A stretch of DNA of 64,000 nucleotides, taken from assembly GCA_025352085.1 (NCBI GenBank), contig JANXUA010000129.1, positions 1,507-65,506 on the forward strand, in the 5' to 3' direction. Below the pieces are notes generated by a model. That model was given only the letters and a program-made list of their open reading frames with translations, was not told where the DNA came from and made no database searches. Shown here piece by piece: positions 60,139 to 64,000 of the stretch (the first letter of the stretch is position 1; the number at the start of each line of letters is the position of its first letter). Source of the DNA: Caulobacteraceae bacterium (GTDB taxonomy: Bacteria; Pseudomonadota; Alphaproteobacteria; Caulobacterales; Caulobacteraceae). The position numbers and the translations under genes are program-made.

Positions 60139-61242
60139 GTGAGTCGTAACGTGTTAAAAGCGACCTATCGCCTGCCCGACCTTCCGCCGCCCGGCGAGGT
60201 TGAAACGCCCGCGGTGTTGCGCGCGCTCGCCGACGCTCACCGACACCTGGCCGAACTGAAAGGTCGCGCATCGAGCATCCCTAACCAGGCCATCCTGATC
60301 GATTCGCTCGCGCTGCAAGAAGCCAAAGCCAGTTCGGAAATCGAGAACATCGTCACCACCCAGGACGAACTCTTCCGGGCGAGCCTTTTCATGGAGGGGC
60401 CAGGATCACCCGCCGCGAAAGAGGTGGCCAGCTACCGGGACGCGTTGAAGTGCGGTTTCGACCGCCTGCGCCGAAACCACGGCCTGCTGGCCAACAACAC
60501 CATCATCGAGATGTTTCACGTGTTGAAGCGTACGGACGAAGGCTTTCGGGCGACGCCGGGGACCGCTCTGAAGAACGAGGCGACGGGCGCTATCGTCTGT
60601 GTGCCGCCGCAAAACGGCGAAGAGATCCTCGCGCACATGACCGCACTGGAGCGCTTCATCAACGATGACGAGGCGAGCCCACTCGACCCGCTGGTGAAGA
60701 TGGCGCTGATCCACCACCAGTTCGAGAGCATCCACCCGTTCTCCGACGGCAACGGCCGGATCGGCCGGATCATCAATGTCCTATATCTGACGCGTGTCGG
60801 CCTCCTCGACATCCCGATCCTTTATCTCAGCCGCTATGTGAACGCCCATAAAGCTGATTACTACAGGCTGCTACAGGCGGTACGAGATGACGGCGCGTGG
60901 GAGCCCTGGCTACTCTATATCCTGGGCGCGGTGTCGACGACTTCCCGCCAGACGTTGGAGCTGATCGAGGGCATGCGTGGCCTGATGGTCGACTACAAAC
61001 GGGGCCTGCGCGAACACCCATCGGTGCGTTACTCTCAAGACCTGCTCAACAATCTGTTCCGCCATCCCTACACCCGCATTGAGTATGTGCAGGCTGACCT
61101 CGGCGTGACTCGCCAGACGGCGGCGAAGCATCTTGACCAGCTCGCGGAGGCCGGCTTCGTCGAAAAGCACCAGCACGGACGCAACAACTACTACATCAAC
61201 GCCCCGTTGATTGAGCTCTTCATGCGAGTGTCGGAGGGCTGA
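60139..61242 (+). CDS. Class II Fic protein with C-terminal HTH (start may be 60151)
   Basis: HPFSDGNGRIGR catalytic motif; SSEIEN inhibitory motif; TRQTAAKHLDQL HTH. Confidence 0.92.
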   Translation: MSRNVLKATYRLPDLPPPGEVETPAVLRALADAHRHLAELKGRASSIPNQAILIDSLALQEAKASSEIENIVTTQDELFRASLFMEGPGSPAAKEVASYRDALKCGFDRLRRNHGLLANNTIIEMFHVLKRTDEGFRATPGTALKNEATGAIVCVPPQNGEEILAHMTALERFINDDEASPLDPLVKMALIHHQFESIHPFSDGNGRIGRIINVLYLTRVGLLDIPILYLSRYVNAHKADYYRLLQAVRDDGAWEPWLLYILGAVSTTSRQTLELIEGMRGLMVDYKRGLREHPSVRYSQDLLNNLFRHPYTRIEYVQADLGVTRQTAAKHLDQLAEAGFVEKHQHGRNNYYINAPLIELFMRVSEG

Positions 61243-61328
61243 GCTCGAACTCGCCGGACTATCGGGCGAGGAGTCCGCGATCAGGACGATACCGCAAGAG
61301 GCATCGGGCGGTTGCGCCGCCATCACGA

Positions 61329-61404
61329 TGGCTCCCCGGGCAGGACTCGAACCTGCGACCCGGCGGTTAACAGCCGCCTGCTCTACCAACTGAGCTACCG
61401 AGGA
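61329..61404 (-). tRNA. tRNA-Asn(GTT)
   Basis: TCCTCGGTAGCTCAGTTGGTAGAGC..GCTGTTAACCGC..GTTCGAGTCC..GGGGAGCCA; 76 nt with CCA. Confidence 0.97.
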
Positions 61405-61527
61405 ATAACGACCATCGTTGAAGGCGCGGCTCTTACGACGGGTTGCGCAGGCGTGCAAGTGAGAGTGATGTAACTGTCACACAGATCGGCCATACCCGGC
61501 GGCCAACGGCTTGATGGAGAGAGCAAA

Positions 61528-62666
61528 ATGACGGCGCGACGCCCCCCCACTACCGCGCGACGCACTTTGGGCGCGGCTCTGATTCTCACCGTCGCGCTGA
61601 TCGGCCCGGCGGTGGCGGCGAAGGCCCAGGGCGCCATCGAAGGCGTGCCGCGCTATGCGCACATCGTCGTCATCATCGAGGAAAACATGACTACGGTCAG
61701 ATCATGGATCCGGCCATGGCGCCGAACATCGCCCAACTGGCCAAGGCCTACGGCGTGGCGACCCGGTTCTACGGCGAGGTCCACCCGAGCGAAGGCAATT
61801 ATGTCGCCCTGCTGGGCGGCGACACCTTCGGCATTCACGACGACGACGCGGTCTATTGCAAGGCCGGATCGGTCGACAAGACCTGCCCCGGCGCCGGTCA
61901 GGCCGGTTATCCCGACCACACGGTGACCGAGCCGCATCTGGGCGACCAGCTGGCCGCCGCCGGCATGACCTGGAAGGGCTATTACGAAGACCTGCCGGCG
62001 CCCGGCTCCATGGCCTATGTCTTCGATCCGCATGCCTATGTGTCCGATTCTCACCCGGAAAACGCCGCCCACCCCCTGGCCTATTACGCCCAGAAGCATT
62101 CGGGTTTCCTCGCCTTCGCCTCGACGCAGAATGATCCGGACCGGGCCAAACACATCGTCGGCTTCGATCAGTTGGATGCCGATCTCGTCGCCGACGCCCT
62201 GCCGAGTTTCGCCCTGGTCGTGCCCAATCAATGCAATGAGATGCACGGCCTGCACGGCCCCGGCACGCCGGCCGACTGCGACATCCTGCAGACCGGGCCC
62301 CTGATCAAGCGCGGCGACGCCGAGATTATCCAACTGGTCGACCGGCTGCAGGCGACGGCGGCGTGGAAATCGAAGGACAATATGGCCATCGTCATCACCT
62401 TCGACGAAGGCTCGCCCGGCTCGCGCCTCGGCTGCTGCGCGGTGACGCCCGACGCGCCGTCGAACTTCGGCGGCGGCCACATCCCGACCCTGGTTATCAC
62501 CAACCACGGCCCGCGCGGCGTCGCCGACGCCACGCCCTACAACCACTATTCCCTGTTGCGGACGTTTGAAGACGCGTTCGGGATCACGACCCACTTGCGC
62601 CACGCGGGCGACGCGGCGCTCGGCGTCAAAGCCATGACCCTGCTGTTCAAGGCGCCGAGACCCTAA
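61528..62666 (+). pseudogene. Secreted phosphoesterase (acid phosphatase / PLC-like), split by a 1-bp deletion at ~61686
   Basis: HIVVIIEEN continues in another frame as HDYGQIMDP; HPSEGNY, YAQKH, VPNQCNEMH, ITFDE, YNHYSLLRT.ED. Confidence 0.85.
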
Positions 62667-62842
62667 GCGGCTATCACCTGCAAGCGCGATCCGGATGGAA
62701 ATCCAAACCAGAGTTGGGTTGCATATTAGACAACCCAAACGAGAGAGAATCACGTACAAATACTACTATGTGAAGTCTCTCACGCAGGTCGACATACCTT
62801 TTAGTATCGGGTTTGATCCACAGAACTGACGGGTCCTGATTA

Positions 62843-63358
62843 ATGACTGCTCTTCGCGTGTGGCCGGAAAACCCTAACGCTGCGGTCGCGGCGATTGGTG
62901 TGAGCGTCGTTGGCTGTACGCTGGGGATAATGGTCGTCGACGCGCTATTCCGTTCCCGTCTGACGGCGGAGGCTACGTCGTTCTCTGGGGCGCATGAATG
63001 GGCCACAACGCTATTGATGATTGGCAAAGCGACGAAAGACGAATTACTCGGCCGACTAGTGATTGTTGGCGGGATGGTGGCTTTTATGGGCGTGGCCTTT
63101 CAAAAAAAGGAGTTAAATCTACCAGAACTAACTATTATATTTGTTACAGCTCAAGTAATTATACTTCTACCACAACTATCCACCCCGACAGATTTCACAG
63201 AATTTCTTTATGATGCCCTCCGTTATGTGAGCCCTGGCATCCTCTGGGGCTGGTTATATTGGCGGTACGGTTTGGTAACCGCGCTGCTCGGACACGCAGC
63301 GACGCACGTGGTTCTTGACCCAGCGCTGCACGCTTTTTTTGGCGCGACTCGTCAATAG
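62843..63358 (+). CDS. CPBP/Abi-like membrane protein (degenerate motifs)
   Basis: KDELLGRL (about EExxxR); GILWGWLYWRYGLVTALLGHAATH; AT-rich codons. Confidence 0.55.
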   Translation: MTALRVWPENPNAAVAAIGVSVVGCTLGIMVVDALFRSRLTAEATSFSGAHEWATTLLMIGKATKDELLGRLVIVGGMVAFMGVAFQKKELNLPELTIIFVTAQVIILLPQLSTPTDFTEFLYDALRYVSPGILWGWLYWRYGLVTALLGHAATHVVLDPALHAFFGATRQ

Positions 63359-63441
63359 GCGGTAGAGTCCTGTGTCTGGCCCGTAAGGTGCCACATCCCA
63401 GCGAATGAAATACAAGAACCCTTCGAAAGGCACGGCGAAAA

Positions 63442-64000
63442 ATGAGCTACGCTAGCCTTTTTGGACAACTCTTCGATCAGAAGTCAGCGTTGGCGATCGC
63501 GGTCATATTCATCCCGCTTGAGCGACTACTTCCGCTGCGCAGATCCCAGGCCATTCTTCGGAAGGGATGGAAGACCGACCTAATTTATCTGTTGTTGAAC
63601 AGCGCCCTGATGAATATTGCGATCGTCCTTGGCATTGCCACAATCCTCTCACTAAAGGCCAAAATCATTTGGTCCGTAATTCCAGAACCGGTCGCTCATC
63701 AACCACTGTGGCTGCAGGTTATCGAGCTAATTTTGGTGGCCGATCTGGCCCATTACTGGATGCATCGCATGTTCCACAGCCCAATGCTCTGGAGTTTTCA
63801 TGCACTCCATCATAGCACTGAGGAACTAGATTGGCTGGCAACCTTCAGGGTGCACCCAGTCGACCACGTTCCCACTTCGATTGTGATGTTGCTTCCGGTA
63901 ATGGCGTTTGGCTGGTCTCCTTGGGCTGTGGGCGTCTGGGGTAGCATTTATCGCGGTCATGCCATTCTCCAGCATGCGAACATCCGGTTGCCGCTGGGGA
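63442..64000 (+). CDS. Sterol desaturase / fatty acid hydroxylase family protein, 3'-truncated by the window edge; absent from ORF track
   Basis: Hand translation: PLERLLP, HYWMHRMFH, LWSFHALHHS.EELDWL..FRVHP, HANI. Confidence 0.9.
   Translation, partial: MSYASLFGQLFDQKSALAIAVIFIPLERLLPLRRSQAILRKGWKTDLIYLLLNSALMNIAIVLGIATILSLKAKIIWSVIPEPVAHQPLWLQVIELILVADLAHYWMHRMFHSPMLWSFHALHHSTEELDWLATFRVHPVDHVPTSIVMLLPVMAFGWSPWAVGVWGSIYRGHAILQHANIRLPLG

Noticed and set aside
59349-61328. Complete integrative element at tRNA-Asn
   Set aside because: No integrase, and no duplicate of the tRNA 3' end (TGGCTCCCCGGGCAGG) found by eye; only remnants are supported.

Overview
GC-rich alphaproteobacterial chromosome segment; gene content and repeat types fit Caulobacteraceae (inference). 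It is mostly housekeeping: etfBA-hbd, ribF-ileS-lspA, rsmE-gshA, tldD, the aa3 cytochrome oxidase cluster with thrC and an M16 peptidase, gluQ, nth, hisBHAFE, pyrE, dksA and nadE. Accessory patches are: (i) a secreted unknown protein / ECF sigma / ankyrin-tailed anti-sigma module (16.3-18.8 kb); (ii) a peptide symporter, a DUF6345-like secreted protein and two tandem paralogous TonB-dependent receptors (18.9-27.2 kb); (iii) a TetR gene facing an unannotated 37-aa membrane peptide across three 19-bp operator-like palindromes (40.4-41.3 kb); (iv) a higBA TA pair; (v) a defence-gene graveyard at the 3' side of tRNA-Asn (type ISP R-M fragment fused back-to-back with a frameshifted VapC fragment, plus an intact class II Fic); (vi) a low-GC block at the right edge (CPBP-like protein, sterol desaturase). 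Three families of palindromic intergenic repeats occur, and some have been captured by genes (GluQ N-terminus, ABC transporter C-terminus, one stop codon). nadE and a phosphoesterase carry frameshifts that may be assembly errors. No CRISPR array, rRNA, transposase or integrase was seen. All family assignments come from motif recognition by eye; no database search was run.
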